A DNA stretch of 44,419 bases, taken from the UHGV virus genome UHGV-0307437; one strand, given 5' to 3'. Made by a program: the position numbers and the translations under genes. Source of the stretch: a virus. Under the pieces are notes generated by a model that was not told where the DNA came from, ran no database searches, and worked only from the letters and a program-made list of their open reading frames with translations. Shown piece after piece: positions 16,852 to 25,847 of the stretch (its first letter is position 1; each line of letters opens with the position of its first letter).

Positions 16852-18444
16852 ATGGCTAAAGATAAATCAGTACCACTTGGTTTAGGACTACTAGGTGGTA
16901 AATCAAAAACGTATAATACAATAGCAGAAATGCAAAAAGATAGTAAATTAAAAGCTGGCAAGGTAGTAGAAGTTCTTGGCTACTACCAAGCTGGAGATGG
17001 GGCAGGACATAAGAGAGTGATAGCTCAAGAAGATGATGGTAGTGGGGTATTATTGGAGAATGGGCTATATGCTAATATAGTTCATAACGGAGAAATACAC
17101 GTATCTTGGTTTGGAGCTAAGGGAGATGGTATTACTGATGATGGAGATATAATTCAGAAAGCTATAAATTATTGTAATATAGTAAAATTAGATAACAACA
17201 AAGTGTATGCAACTACTAAAACTATAAAAGTTGGAACTAGGCAAAAAACACTTACATCATCAAAGTCAGTTGAGATAGGAATGGCTAAGATTAAATATAT
17301 TGGAGAACTAAATCAAAAAGGAGCTGTTGTTATAGTAGGTACTAACGACGTTGGTAGTTTCAATATAGACGCAACGGCTGATGTGCTATCCAATGTACAA
17401 ATAGACGCAAATAACTTATGTGGTATAGGTGTATATTCTACTTATGCAACAAATGAAACTAGAATAGAAAATGTAATAACCTACAACACTTTGGAATATG
17501 GTATGTATTTAGGTAAGTCTTGGTATGCTACATTTAGGAATTTAACCGCTAAACAATCCAAAGGGAATGGTATAGCACTTGGTATGGAGTTAAGATTTAG
17601 TGATGGTAGTATTATTAAACCAACAGGCGACGAACATATAATTCAACTCAATGGTGTATTTATAGATGGTATAAGAGCTCACAATTGTGGGAAAGAAGCT
17701 CAAAGTCAAGATTATCAGTATGGGTATGGTGTTGGTATAGGTAAGGGTAATGATTTGAATGTTACAAATATTGTATCAGAGAATTGTGGTATAGGTATCT
17801 TAGTAGAAAGAACTTATGGTAATGCCTTTAATGTATCTGATTTTTATTGTGAGAGAAATACCAAAGGGTTTATATTGGACACAAGAAAACCACTTGAAAG
17901 AAACACTTTAATTGGAATAATAAGAAATGGATTTATAAATGGAGAATTTGAACACATTAATGGAACTAACGACAAACATTTCTATGGTGGTATTATGATT
18001 GATAGAGTTATAACTATTAAGAATAGTATTCTACCTAATGTTAATGTGATTAAACTAACACACTGCTATACTAATTTAAACGGATTGAAACAACCTATTA
18101 ACAAAAATGATTATATGTATGGTGGAATTTTAGCAAAAGAATTTGATAAAAATTTAAAACTTGGGGAGGATTTAGACTTAATTATACCTAAAATACCAGC
18201 TAACGAAATAATGTTGTACTTTTATTCATTACAAGAATACACAAATTTGATTGGTAGTTTTTCAGTTTATAACGACACAGGCGAATCAATAGCGAGTTAT
18301 TCTTATCCGAATACGATTAGAAAGGGGATAAATTATATTCGTAATATCCCTACTAATACGAGAAAAATAAAAGGAAATACTGGAACAGGAGCAGAAACCA
18401 TAGTGGATATAATCATAACAGCTATCAGTGGAGCTACTTATTAG
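16852..18444 (+). CDS. Tailspike/depolymerase with pectate-lyase-superfamily (right-handed β-helix) domain
   Basis: VSWFGAKGDGITDDGDIIQKAINYC is the signature N-terminal motif of Pectate_lyase_3-type β-helix proteins. Confidence 0.65.
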   Translation: MAKDKSVPLGLGLLGGKSKTYNTIAEMQKDSKLKAGKVVEVLGYYQAGDGAGHKRVIAQEDDGSGVLLENGLYANIVHNGEIHVSWFGAKGDGITDDGDIIQKAINYCNIVKLDNNKVYATTKTIKVGTRQKTLTSSKSVEIGMAKIKYIGELNQKGAVVIVGTNDVGSFNIDATADVLSNVQIDANNLCGIGVYSTYATNETRIENVITYNTLEYGMYLGKSWYATFRNLTAKQSKGNGIALGMELRFSDGSIIKPTGDEHIIQLNGVFIDGIRAHNCGKEAQSQDYQYGYGVGIGKGNDLNVTNIVSENCGIGILVERTYGNAFNVSDFYCERNTKGFILDTRKPLERNTLIGIIRNGFINGEFEHINGTNDKHFYGGIMIDRVITIKNSILPNVNVIKLTHCYTNLNGLKQPINKNDYMYGGILAKEFDKNLKLGEDLDLIIPKIPANEIMLYFYSLQEYTNLIGSFSVYNDTGESIASYSYPNTIRKGINYIRNIPTNTRKIKGNTGTGAETIVDIIITAISGATY

Positions 18445-18454
18445 GAGGTGTAAG

Positions 18455-19069
18455 ATGAAATATATATTAGAATTAGATACAAATAATAATGTTAGTATTT
18501 ACCCAGATGAAAATGATTTAGTAATTATAGATGATATAAAATTTAAAGAACTAACAGAGCAAGAATATAAACAGTCTATGAATAAAATTAAAATTGGATA
18601 TTATCCTAAGTGGAATAGCAGTCTTGTTTTTGAAAAAGTAGTTAAAAATATTTATGTTGACCCATCTAAATTTGATACTCCGTTTTGGACTAATAAAATG
18701 GAACAAGAGGGAGGAACTACTAAGAAAGACTTCTACACTTACTTAGGAGAAAAATTTGCTTATGATAAACAAGTTAAAGAGGAACAAAAAGCTAAATACG
18801 AAGCTTATGAGTTACTACTACAAGAAAATCCTAATCTAACTTGGGAAGAGTTCGAGCAACAGTATGGTAATACTTCTATGATGAATAGAAGAAAAAAGAG
18901 AAGCTTAGTTGAGAGATTAGAAGAGCCTGTTATTCCAGAGAGTGTTGTAAAATTTATGGAGAAATATTTAGGAACTACACCTACACCTAAAGTAGAAACT
19001 AAATCTACTCCTAAAACTTTTAGTTTTGATGAAGTTGATAAATTGAATGATACACTTAAAAAGCTATAA
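18455..19069 (+). CDS. Putative tail-fibre assembly or chaperone-like protein sharing its C-terminal module with the 1081-aa fibre
   Basis: ATG at 18455 after AGGAGG. AYDKQVKEEQKAKYEAYELLLQENPNLTWEEF...VIPESVVKFMEKYL parallels the fibre C-terminus. Confidence 0.4.
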   Translation: MKYILELDTNNNVSIYPDENDLVIIDDIKFKELTEQEYKQSMNKIKIGYYPKWNSSLVFEKVVKNIYVDPSKFDTPFWTNKMEQEGGTTKKDFYTYLGEKFAYDKQVKEEQKAKYEAYELLLQENPNLTWEEFEQQYGNTSMMNRRKKRSLVERLEEPVIPESVVKFMEKYLGTTPTPKVETKSTPKTFSFDEVDKLNDTLKKL

Positions 19070-19170
19070 TTTATATATAAAATCAATTCTTATACATTAG
19101 ACTATTACTTGGTAGTCTTTTGTATATGAAGTACCTTATTCAAAGGATAGCAAAGTATAGGGGGTATATT

Positions 19171-19503
19171 ATGAGTAATTTTATATTAGGTTTAATAAAA
19201 AGATTTTTACCAGAGTTACTCCAAAGACATTTAGACAAGGGAAAAGTAGATGAGATAATGGCTGATGTTGAAAAAACAAAAATTAATGCTTTTTCTGGAA
19301 TAATAGAGAGAGGTGGAATACTTCATTTATTCTATGTTTATTCAGCATTGATAATTAATCAACATATAGTTGCACCATATATTACTGCTTTTACTGGAAA
19401 ACAAATATATGTTCTACCTATTCCAGAGGAACTAACTTATCTTGTCTTAGCACTTGGTGGTATGATTTTAGGTAAAAAACATATGGACAAAAAAATAAAA
19501 TAA
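19171..19503 (+). CDS. Putative holin (two C-terminal TM segments)
   Basis: ATG at 19171 after AGGGGG. Hydrophobic segments. First gene of the lysis-associated cluster. A terminator follows. Confidence 0.35.
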   Translation: MSNFILGLIKRFLPELLQRHLDKGKVDEIMADVEKTKINAFSGIIERGGILHLFYVYSALIINQHIVAPYITAFTGKQIYVLPIPEELTYLVLALGGMILGKKHMDKKIK

Positions 19504-19513
19504 ATTTTTTTAA

Positions 19514-19539
19514 AGCTAGATTTATTCTAGCTTTTTTTA
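19514..19539 (+). terminator. Terminator AGCTAGA-tttat-TCTAGCT + T7
   Basis: Perfect 7-bp stem, T-run. Confidence 0.6.
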
Positions 19540-19619
19540 TTGCCTTGATATTATTTCATACTATTTTCAATATTATCAATAGAATTATGATAACATAAGT
19601 TTGTAAAGAGGTGGTAAGT

Positions 19620-20033
19620 ATGGGAGAACAAGCAATAACTTGTATTATAGAAAACGGGAATATATATAAACTTGAATTTGGACAAAAAAACTGTATAGGA
19701 GTAACTGCTGATATTTTTACAAATTTAAAAAATAATGCTGAAAAAGCACTTAATAGAAATGAAGAGTTAGCACAAGAAAGGGATAAATATTATAATATGT
19801 TGATAGAACATGGAATAATAACTAAACCTAAAACAGTAGAAGATAAGATGAATGAATTAGAAAAAACAAACAATAAAATTTTATTGGTTTTAGATAAAAT
19901 AAATAATACTTTAAATGAAAATAATAAAAGATTGGAGGTACTAGAAAATGGATATTCAATCAATGATAAAAATGGCAAGTCAACTGGGAATAGGACAGGA
20001 CAAGATAAATCAAGTAATGAAGATGGCAAATAA
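19620..20033 (+). CDS. Hypothetical coiled-coil protein
   Basis: RBS AGAGGTGG. The 3' 86 nt overlap the next gene in another frame. Confidence 0.4.
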   Translation: MGEQAITCIIENGNIYKLEFGQKNCIGVTADIFTNLKNNAEKALNRNEELAQERDKYYNMLIEHGIITKPKTVEDKMNELEKTNNKILLVLDKINNTLNENNKRLEVLENGYSINDKNGKSTGNRTGQDKSSNEDGK

Positions 20034-20268
20034 ATATAATGGGGATTTGAGCGGCTTAAAACAAGCTATCAATGAAAATGGTGGTAGAGATACTTTTAAT
20101 AAAGCTATAAAATTTACAGAGAATCCACTTGTAAGAGCTGGTTTAAAAAAAATTGGTGTCTTGGAATTAGTTGAAAGTGTAAAAAAAGATTTGGGTATGG
20201 CTTCATCAGTACCTAGTGGAACAACTAATAATAATGATATTATGGATAGATTTAAAAATTTAAAATAA
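19948..20268 (+). CDS. Hypothetical protein
   Basis: RBS GGAGG 8 nt upstream. Confidence 0.45.
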   Translation: MDIQSMIKMASQLGIGQDKINQVMKMANKYNGDLSGLKQAINENGGRDTFNKAIKFTENPLVRAGLKKIGVLELVESVKKDLGMASSVPSGTTNNNDIMDRFKNLK

Positions 20269-20307
20269 CAGGTCAACTGTTAAAATAAAATATAAGGAGG
20301 TTTTATC

Positions 20308-20820
20308 ATGGACGATAAAATGTCAGGATATGGAATTATCATAGTTCTTTTCCTATTATTCATTGTATGTGGTGGAAGAGGATTTGGCTTTGGTGGATTC
20401 GGAGGTTGTGGAAATGGTTGGGGCAACTGGGGAGGATTCCCATATGGTTGCAACACAGTATCAAATTGTGAAGTAGAAAAACAAGGAATTATTGATTCTG
20501 CTAGAACACAATATTTAGTTATTGATACTGCTAGACAAACTCAAGAACAAAATCAAGCTTTAGCAACTGCTCTAGGAAATAAAATAGATTTCTATGAGTA
20601 TCAAAATTTAAGAGATCAATTAGCTCAAGAAAGAAGCAAAAATATAGTATTAGAGAATAGAATTTACTCTGATGCTCAATTCAATGCTTTAAATACTAGA
20701 TTGTCAGCTATTGATTGTGAATTAAGCAAGTTACCAAAAACTGCACCACTTTATCTACAAGGAGTATCTTGTAGTGGACAACTATTCCCTACTGCACCAG
20801 CGGCAGCGGCTTTAGTTTAA
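20308..20820 (+). CDS. Membrane-anchored Gly-rich protein with periplasmic coiled coil (i-spanin-like candidate)
   Basis: N-terminal TM, then GFGFGGFGGCGNGWGNWGG, then a Q-rich coiled coil. Located in the lysis cluster. Confidence 0.3.
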   Translation: MDDKMSGYGIIIVLFLLFIVCGGRGFGFGGFGGCGNGWGNWGGFPYGCNTVSNCEVEKQGIIDSARTQYLVIDTARQTQEQNQALATALGNKIDFYEYQNLRDQLAQERSKNIVLENRIYSDAQFNALNTRLSAIDCELSKLPKTAPLYLQGVSCSGQLFPTAPAAAALV

Positions 20821-20830
20821 TTATACATTA

Positions 20831-20862
20831 GCCTTGCTGAATAGCAGGGCTTTTGTTTTATC
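20831..20862 (+). terminator. Terminator AGCCTTGCT-gaat-AGCAGGGCT + T-rich tail
   Basis: 9-bp stem (one G-U). Confidence 0.5.
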
Positions 20863-20875
20863 AAAGGGGGTAATT

Positions 20876-21067
20876 ATGAGAAATATAGGATTTGCAGTAG
20901 GACTAATTACTGGATATTTATTATTTACAGAAGATGGGAAAGAAATGAGTAAAAAATTTCTTGGGAGTGTTAATAAAGCAACCGAAGATATTATGTCAAA
21001 AGGTAAAGAAATTATTAAGGAAACTATGCCAGAAACTTCAAAAGCATTGAATAAGGAGGTATTATAA
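20876..21067 (+). CDS. YtxH-like small membrane protein
   Basis: ATG at 20876 after AAGGGGG; the listed TTG start lies inside the terminator. N-terminal TM. Confidence 0.4.
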   Translation: MRNIGFAVGLITGYLLFTEDGKEMSKKFLGSVNKATEDIMSKGKEIIKETMPETSKALNKEVL

Positions 21068-21068
21068 A

Positions 21069-21371
21069 ATGACTAAACATGATATAGTATTAGAAAGTCT
21101 TTATAGACGTATGCAAGATGACCTTGATGACGGAATGAGAATGTATTGGGAAGCTATTAAGATGAAAGAGCATGATGTTAAAGATATGGCTCGTTTCACT
21201 ATGGCTGACGCAAAAGCTAGAATGGAACATGCTGATATAATCAAAGATAAGATAGAAACTTATAAAAAAGCTAATAATATGGCTGATAGTTCTGAATATA
21301 AAACATTCTACTGTTATGTTGTAGAAAATATCGAAGATTTAAAAATGAAAATTTCTAAATTCACAGTATAA
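21069..21371 (+). CDS. Hypothetical helical protein
   Basis: RBS AAGGAGGT. Confidence 0.45.
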   Translation: MTKHDIVLESLYRRMQDDLDDGMRMYWEAIKMKEHDVKDMARFTMADAKARMEHADIIKDKIETYKKANNMADSSEYKTFYCYVVENIEDLKMKISKFTV

Positions 21372-21375
21372 AATT

Positions 21376-21403
21376 AGAGAGTCTATTTAGGCTCTCTTTT
21401 TTC
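21376..21403. terminator. Bidirectional terminator hairpin between convergent genes
   Basis: AGAGAGTC...GGCTCTCT stem flanked by T- and A-rich runs. Confidence 0.5.
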
Positions 21404-21574
21404 TAGTCTATTCAATTTCTTTTTAAAACTTTTGTGATAATAATTAATAGCTTCGTTTATGACATCAGTTCTATTGCAAAAGTAAAACTCACTTATCTCA
21501 TCTATCTTCTTAACAACTTCTTTTGGAGAATTAAAACTTATCTTTTCATAATCTACATTCTTTCTAAATAACAT
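21383..21574 (-). CDS. Hypothetical 63-aa protein (only minus-strand gene inside the late region)
   Basis: RBS GGTGGTGG on the minus strand; flanked by terminators. Confidence 0.4.
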   Translation of the reverse strand: MLFRKNVDYEKISFNSPKEVVKKIDEISEFYFCNRTDVINEAINYYHKSFKKKLNRLEKREPK

Positions 21575-21645
21575 ACCACCACCTACCTAAATTGATTATA
21601 GCATAAAATTTAATTTAATGATACAATACAAATGAGGTGGTAAAT

Positions 21646-22011
21646 ATGAATTTAAAAAGAAACGGAAATCTAAATGTAAACTTGGTTGTTAAATTAGTAT
21701 TTTTTCTATGTATCATAAATATTTTAGGAATGTTTATGTTAGCTGCATTAAATATAATGTTTTATAAAGCTAATTTTTATAATAACAATTATCAGACTAA
21801 CACTCAAATAGTAAATATAGATAATGAACCTAATATAGACAAGATTAATATTAATGACTGCTCTTATGAAGCTTTAGATAGTCTTGACGGAATAGGAGAA
21901 GTCAAAGCTAATAAGATAATAGAAAATAGACCTTATAAAGATATATATGAGATTAGAAAGTTTATAGGAGAAACAACTTTTAATAATATAAAAGATTATA
22001 TAACAATATAA
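21646..22011 (+). CDS. Membrane-anchored ComEA-like helix-hairpin-helix DNA-binding protein
   Basis: N-terminal TM. C-terminal INDCSYEALDSLDGIGEVKANKIIENRPYKDIYEIRKFIGETTFNNIKDYI matches the ComEA HhH domain. Confidence 0.55.
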   Translation: MNLKRNGNLNVNLVVKLVFFLCIINILGMFMLAALNIMFYKANFYNNNYQTNTQIVNIDNEPNIDKININDCSYEALDSLDGIGEVKANKIIENRPYKDIYEIRKFIGETTFNNIKDYITI

Positions 22012-22025
22012 AAGGAGGTTTTAAT

Positions 22026-22403
22026 ATGACTAAATACAAATTTAGTAAAAGAAGTTTATCTAACATAGAAGGTATTGACTTTAGACTGATAATACTTCTT
22101 GGTTTAATGCTGGACTATTCCCCGTATGATTTTGTTGTAACTGAGGGAGTTAGGACAGAGGAAAGACAAAAGCAACTTGTAGCAGAGGGTAAATCTAAGA
22201 CTATGAAATCTAAACACTTGACAGGTAGTGCCTTTGATATTGCAATAATAGATGAGAATGGACAAGTTACTTGGGATATTAAGTATTATAGAGAGTTTGC
22301 TGATGTTATAATGCAGTTAGCTCATAGACTTGGATTTAATATTGAATGTGGTGCATATTGGGAAAACTTTATTGATGGACCTCATGTACAAATAAATGAT
22401 TAG
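22026..22403 (+). CDS. Endolysin, peptidase M15 family (L-Ala-D-Glu peptidase / VanY-like)
   Basis: GVRTEERQKQL..GKSKTMKSKHLTGSAFDI and DGPHVQ correspond to the Zn-binding H..D...H signature of the M15 family. Confidence 0.75.
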   Translation: MTKYKFSKRSLSNIEGIDFRLIILLGLMLDYSPYDFVVTEGVRTEERQKQLVAEGKSKTMKSKHLTGSAFDIAIIDENGQVTWDIKYYREFADVIMQLAHRLGFNIECGAYWENFIDGPHVQIND

Positions 22404-22412
22404 GTGGTGTCT

Positions 22413-22673
22413 ATGGAATTAGATTTAATTAGAGTACTTAAAGAAGCTGGTATTAATGGAACAATAGGTATAGTTGTAGTTTTAATGATGAAACACTATG
22501 TTCAAAAGATTATAGACCAAAACACTGAATTTATGAATTATTTGATGGCTGCAAATAGGCAACTATTAGAAGTCAATTCTAAAATTCAGTTAGAATCAAC
22601 AAAAGCACTAGAAGAACACGGAAAATTAATTAAAGCACTAACAGATGAAATAAGGAAGAAAAATAATGGCTAG
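22413..22673 (+). CDS. Small lysis-associated membrane protein (holin/antiholin or XhlA-like)
   Basis: One TM followed by a coiled coil, directly after the endolysin. A terminator follows. Confidence 0.35.
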   Translation: MELDLIRVLKEAGINGTIGIVVVLMMKHYVQKIIDQNTEFMNYLMAANRQLLEVNSKIQLESTKALEEHGKLIKALTDEIRKKNNG

Positions 22674-22690
22674 GGAACACCTAGCCTTTT
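22668..22690 (+). terminator. Terminator GGCTAGG-gaaca-CCTAGCC + T4
   Basis: 7-bp stem. Confidence 0.55.
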
Positions 22691-22723
22691 ATGTTATAAT
22701 AAAATCAAAAAGGAGTGATGATA

Positions 22724-23317
22724 ATGTTAGAAAGAGGGCAAATTATTGAATTAGCACTTATTACAGTTGGAAACATTACTGATTACAATGACAATAGAAG
22801 TAATGTCTATCAAATTGCGACTAAACTGTTAGATAGTATAGCTGATACTGTATGTAAGAGTAATGAGTTTAACTTTCCAAGTACAACAGTACGACTAACA
22901 GTTAGTGAATTAGATACTAACACAGGAGAACATAGATATAATGTTCCAGAAGATTTTTTAGGAATTAAGAAGAAACCTATTGTTAATACTAGAACACCTT
23001 TTACAGTTGAAAGTATTCAGACTTTAGTTAGGGGAAATAGACCTATTGATTTAAGATTAGAGGGAGAATATATCTACTCATACTCAAATCCATTAATACT
23101 TAACTATGTTAGAAGATTACCACTAACAGAATTTCCAGAATATATAAAAGATTATTTAGTATTAATGTTGGCAGTAAAACTTGCTCAAACTATACCAATG
23201 TATGCTGATAGGTTACCATATCTTGAGAGTAAGTTAGGATATGAGAAAACTAATGTTATATTAGCCGAAGGTAGTGCAATACCATTAAATCTTAGAGGAG
23301 GTGTATATAATGGCTAA
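22724..23317 (+). CDS. Putative tail tubular protein A / adaptor-like protein (about 197 aa)
   Basis: Size and order match T7 gp11-12-14-15-16. By position only. Confidence 0.3.
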   Translation: MLERGQIIELALITVGNITDYNDNRSNVYQIATKLLDSIADTVCKSNEFNFPSTTVRLTVSELDTNTGEHRYNVPEDFLGIKKKPIVNTRTPFTVESIQTLVRGNRPIDLRLEGEYIYSYSNPLILNYVRRLPLTEFPEYIKDYLVLMLAVKLAQTIPMYADRLPYLESKLGYEKTNVILAEGSAIPLNLRGGVYNG

Positions 23318-25211
23318 GGGTAACTCATATGGCTATAAATCAACTACTAACTTCTATCAAACTGATTATACTTTAGGAGAAGTCGGAGATAAGATAGGAA
23401 TAAATAAAGATAGTCAAATATATTATTTGACAGCTAATAGAATAATTAATCTTATTCCTACTGAAACAGGAAGTCTTAGAATGTTAAGAAAAATGAAACC
23501 TAAAGTTATTCAAGAAGATATTGATATTCAACAAGTGATTAATACTAAATATAATTTTTATATCTTAATTACTACAACAGGAATAGCAACAGTAGATAAG
23601 ATAACTCATACAATTAAGAATAAATATGATTTTGGAGATAGCTTTACATTTACTAGAAATTCCAACGGAGCAGTATTAATAGATAAATTCTTATTAGTAC
23701 CTGTTACTAATGGAACTACTACTAAGAGATTAGACTATGAGATAAATTCAGATGGTAGAGCTGGTATTAATGCTGATTTTGCTAATAGTATTAGAAATCC
23801 TATTAAGAATAGAGGTAAGGTTAAGGTTGATATTTATCAAGTTAGAAATATGCTAATTACTGAAACTAAGAAAGAATTAAGAGCTTTTAAGGTGTCTACT
23901 ACTGAAAACCAAGAGTTTAGTGTTGAGGAAAACTTGCTTAAATTTAGATATAACACAGACTTAAACTTAACTAGAATATTTTATCCATACAGAACTGACT
24001 TAGTTAATGTTACACCTATTGTTGCTCAAGAGAACGAGTATTTTGTATCAATATATGACCCAGAAACAGTAGAAGGTGGTAAGTGGTATTTAGGTAATCA
24101 AGAGATAACTTTTAATGAGAAAACTAATGACACAACAGGAACTTATTATAAGAAAGTAACTTTAGGAGAAGGAACACTTGGTAAAACACAACTTCTTAAC
24201 TTTGGGCTTATGAAGTCATTAAACAACGATACAGCCTTTCAAATAGCTTTAGAATATCAGAATAGAATGATAGTGTCTGACGGTTCTTATATCTATTTTA
24301 GCAGGGTAGGAGATTATAATTATTTCTTAAATGACAGTGGAACATCAGATGCCTTTTTTATTAAGCTGTCAAATGTCAATGGAGAAGAACCTAGAGTACT
24401 TAAGATGATAGCTGGTAGAGGTATTTGGGTAATTACTGATAAAGGAATATTCTTATTAGGATATAACCAAGTAATAACAGGAGCTACTATTGATGTTAGA
24501 TTAATTACTGATGATAGTGCTACTACTGAATGTCAATTAGTTGGAAATAGCTTATATTATCTAACTACTGACAATGAGCTGAAATGTATTCAGAACATCA
24601 CATCAACTAAAGGTTATGTTGACTTTGATACATACTTTGTTGATAAGTTTTTCAGTACAGATGATATAGTTAGATTATCAGAACATAAAATAGATAATAA
24701 AAAATATCTGTTAGCTTCACTTAAGAATAGTACTAAAATATCAGAATATAATGTTGGAGCTTACTTATACTCAGAAGTTAAGACTAACAGTTTTAGTAGA
24801 GTGTCAGTTGAATTTCCTCAAAACTGTATAGGTTTTGATACTAGCTTATTTGCTGGAAACTCAATATATACTCTTACTGAAAACAATATGAAAAATGCTT
24901 ATCTTAAATTAAATGCACCACCTGTTACCACTACTAAGTATGGTAACTTAAGAAATGATACTCCTACTATGATTACTAGACTAACAATGAAATTATTTGA
25001 AGAACAAGGAGATAGTGTCAATAATGTTAAGTTAAGTGGAATATATGCTTCATTACTTGGAGAAACAGTGCAAGGTGTATATAATGTTTATACAGTAGTT
25101 TTCTCTAAAAATTTAAAAGATGCTATGTATATAGAATTAGAAACAAAAGAAAATACAGAAGAGCTTGAAATTCAAGCAACTGAAATAGAATTTAAACCAG
25201 GAGAGGAGTGA
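23310..25211 (+). CDS. Putative tail tubular protein B / nozzle-like protein (about 633 aa)
   Basis: By position and size only. Confidence 0.3.
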   Translation: MAKGNSYGYKSTTNFYQTDYTLGEVGDKIGINKDSQIYYLTANRIINLIPTETGSLRMLRKMKPKVIQEDIDIQQVINTKYNFYILITTTGIATVDKITHTIKNKYDFGDSFTFTRNSNGAVLIDKFLLVPVTNGTTTKRLDYEINSDGRAGINADFANSIRNPIKNRGKVKVDIYQVRNMLITETKKELRAFKVSTTENQEFSVEENLLKFRYNTDLNLTRIFYPYRTDLVNVTPIVAQENEYFVSIYDPETVEGGKWYLGNQEITFNEKTNDTTGTYYKKVTLGEGTLGKTQLLNFGLMKSLNNDTAFQIALEYQNRMIVSDGSYIYFSRVGDYNYFLNDSGTSDAFFIKLSNVNGEEPRVLKMIAGRGIWVITDKGIFLLGYNQVITGATIDVRLITDDSATTECQLVGNSLYYLTTDNELKCIQNITSTKGYVDFDTYFVDKFFSTDDIVRLSEHKIDNKKYLLASLKNSTKISEYNVGAYLYSEVKTNSFSRVSVEFPQNCIGFDTSLFAGNSIYTLTENNMKNAYLKLNAPPVTTTKYGNLRNDTPTMITRLTMKLFEEQGDSVNNVKLSGIYASLLGETVQGVYNVYTVVFSKNLKDAMYIELETKENTEELEIQATEIEFKPGEE

Positions 25212-25216
25212 TAATT

Positions 25217-25837
25217 ATGTCTGTATTAGCAGCTTTAGGAATAGGATTTAGTGTTGCTGGTGGTGTGTCTGGTATATTAGGATCTCATAGAGCTAAGAAA
25301 AGTGCTAAGAAAATGGCTGAATATCAATCTGGACTAGCAACACAAGAATATCAAAATAACTTAGAAACATTATCAGAAAACTTTGTTAATAATATTTTAG
25401 TCAATTATGATACAATAGCAAAACAAATGGCAGACTTAACATCAGAATACACTCAAGCTAGAAGTAACTCACTTATGGCTACTGCTAGTTACTTTAGTGG
25501 TGGAGCTAGTTACAACTCTAATAGAGAGAACACAATAGCAACTCTTAACTTAGATTACAATACTAAGGTATTTGAGTATAATAACTTAAGAATATACAAC
25601 GAAGATACTATTAAGAAACAATTTTCTAATAGTGTATTGAACTTAGGAAACCAATATAAAAATACTATGTATAATATTTCTGCTGGACTTTACCAAACTG
25701 AACAAGCAGCTAATCAATCTGCATTAAATTCATTGGTAAATATGGGAGCTAATATTTTTGGAATATTAGGTTATACAGGTAACAATGCTAATACATCGCC
25801 ATTTAGAGAAATACCAGAATCAGAGTGGTTAGGATAG
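25217..25837 (+). CDS. Putative internal virion protein (membrane N-terminus)
   Basis: N-terminal TM; position. Confidence 0.3.
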   Translation: MSVLAALGIGFSVAGGVSGILGSHRAKKSAKKMAEYQSGLATQEYQNNLETLSENFVNNILVNYDTIAKQMADLTSEYTQARSNSLMATASYFSGGASYNSNRENTIATLNLDYNTKVFEYNNLRIYNEDTIKKQFSNSVLNLGNQYKNTMYNISAGLYQTEQAANQSALNSLVNMGANIFGILGYTGNNANTSPFREIPESEWLG

Positions 25838-25847
25838 GAGGTATAAA

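Noticed and set aside
20834-20875. Listed TTG start of the 77-aa ORF
   Set aside because: The TTG lies inside the upstream terminator hairpin. An ATG at 20876 with a strong AAGGGGG RBS is far more plausible.
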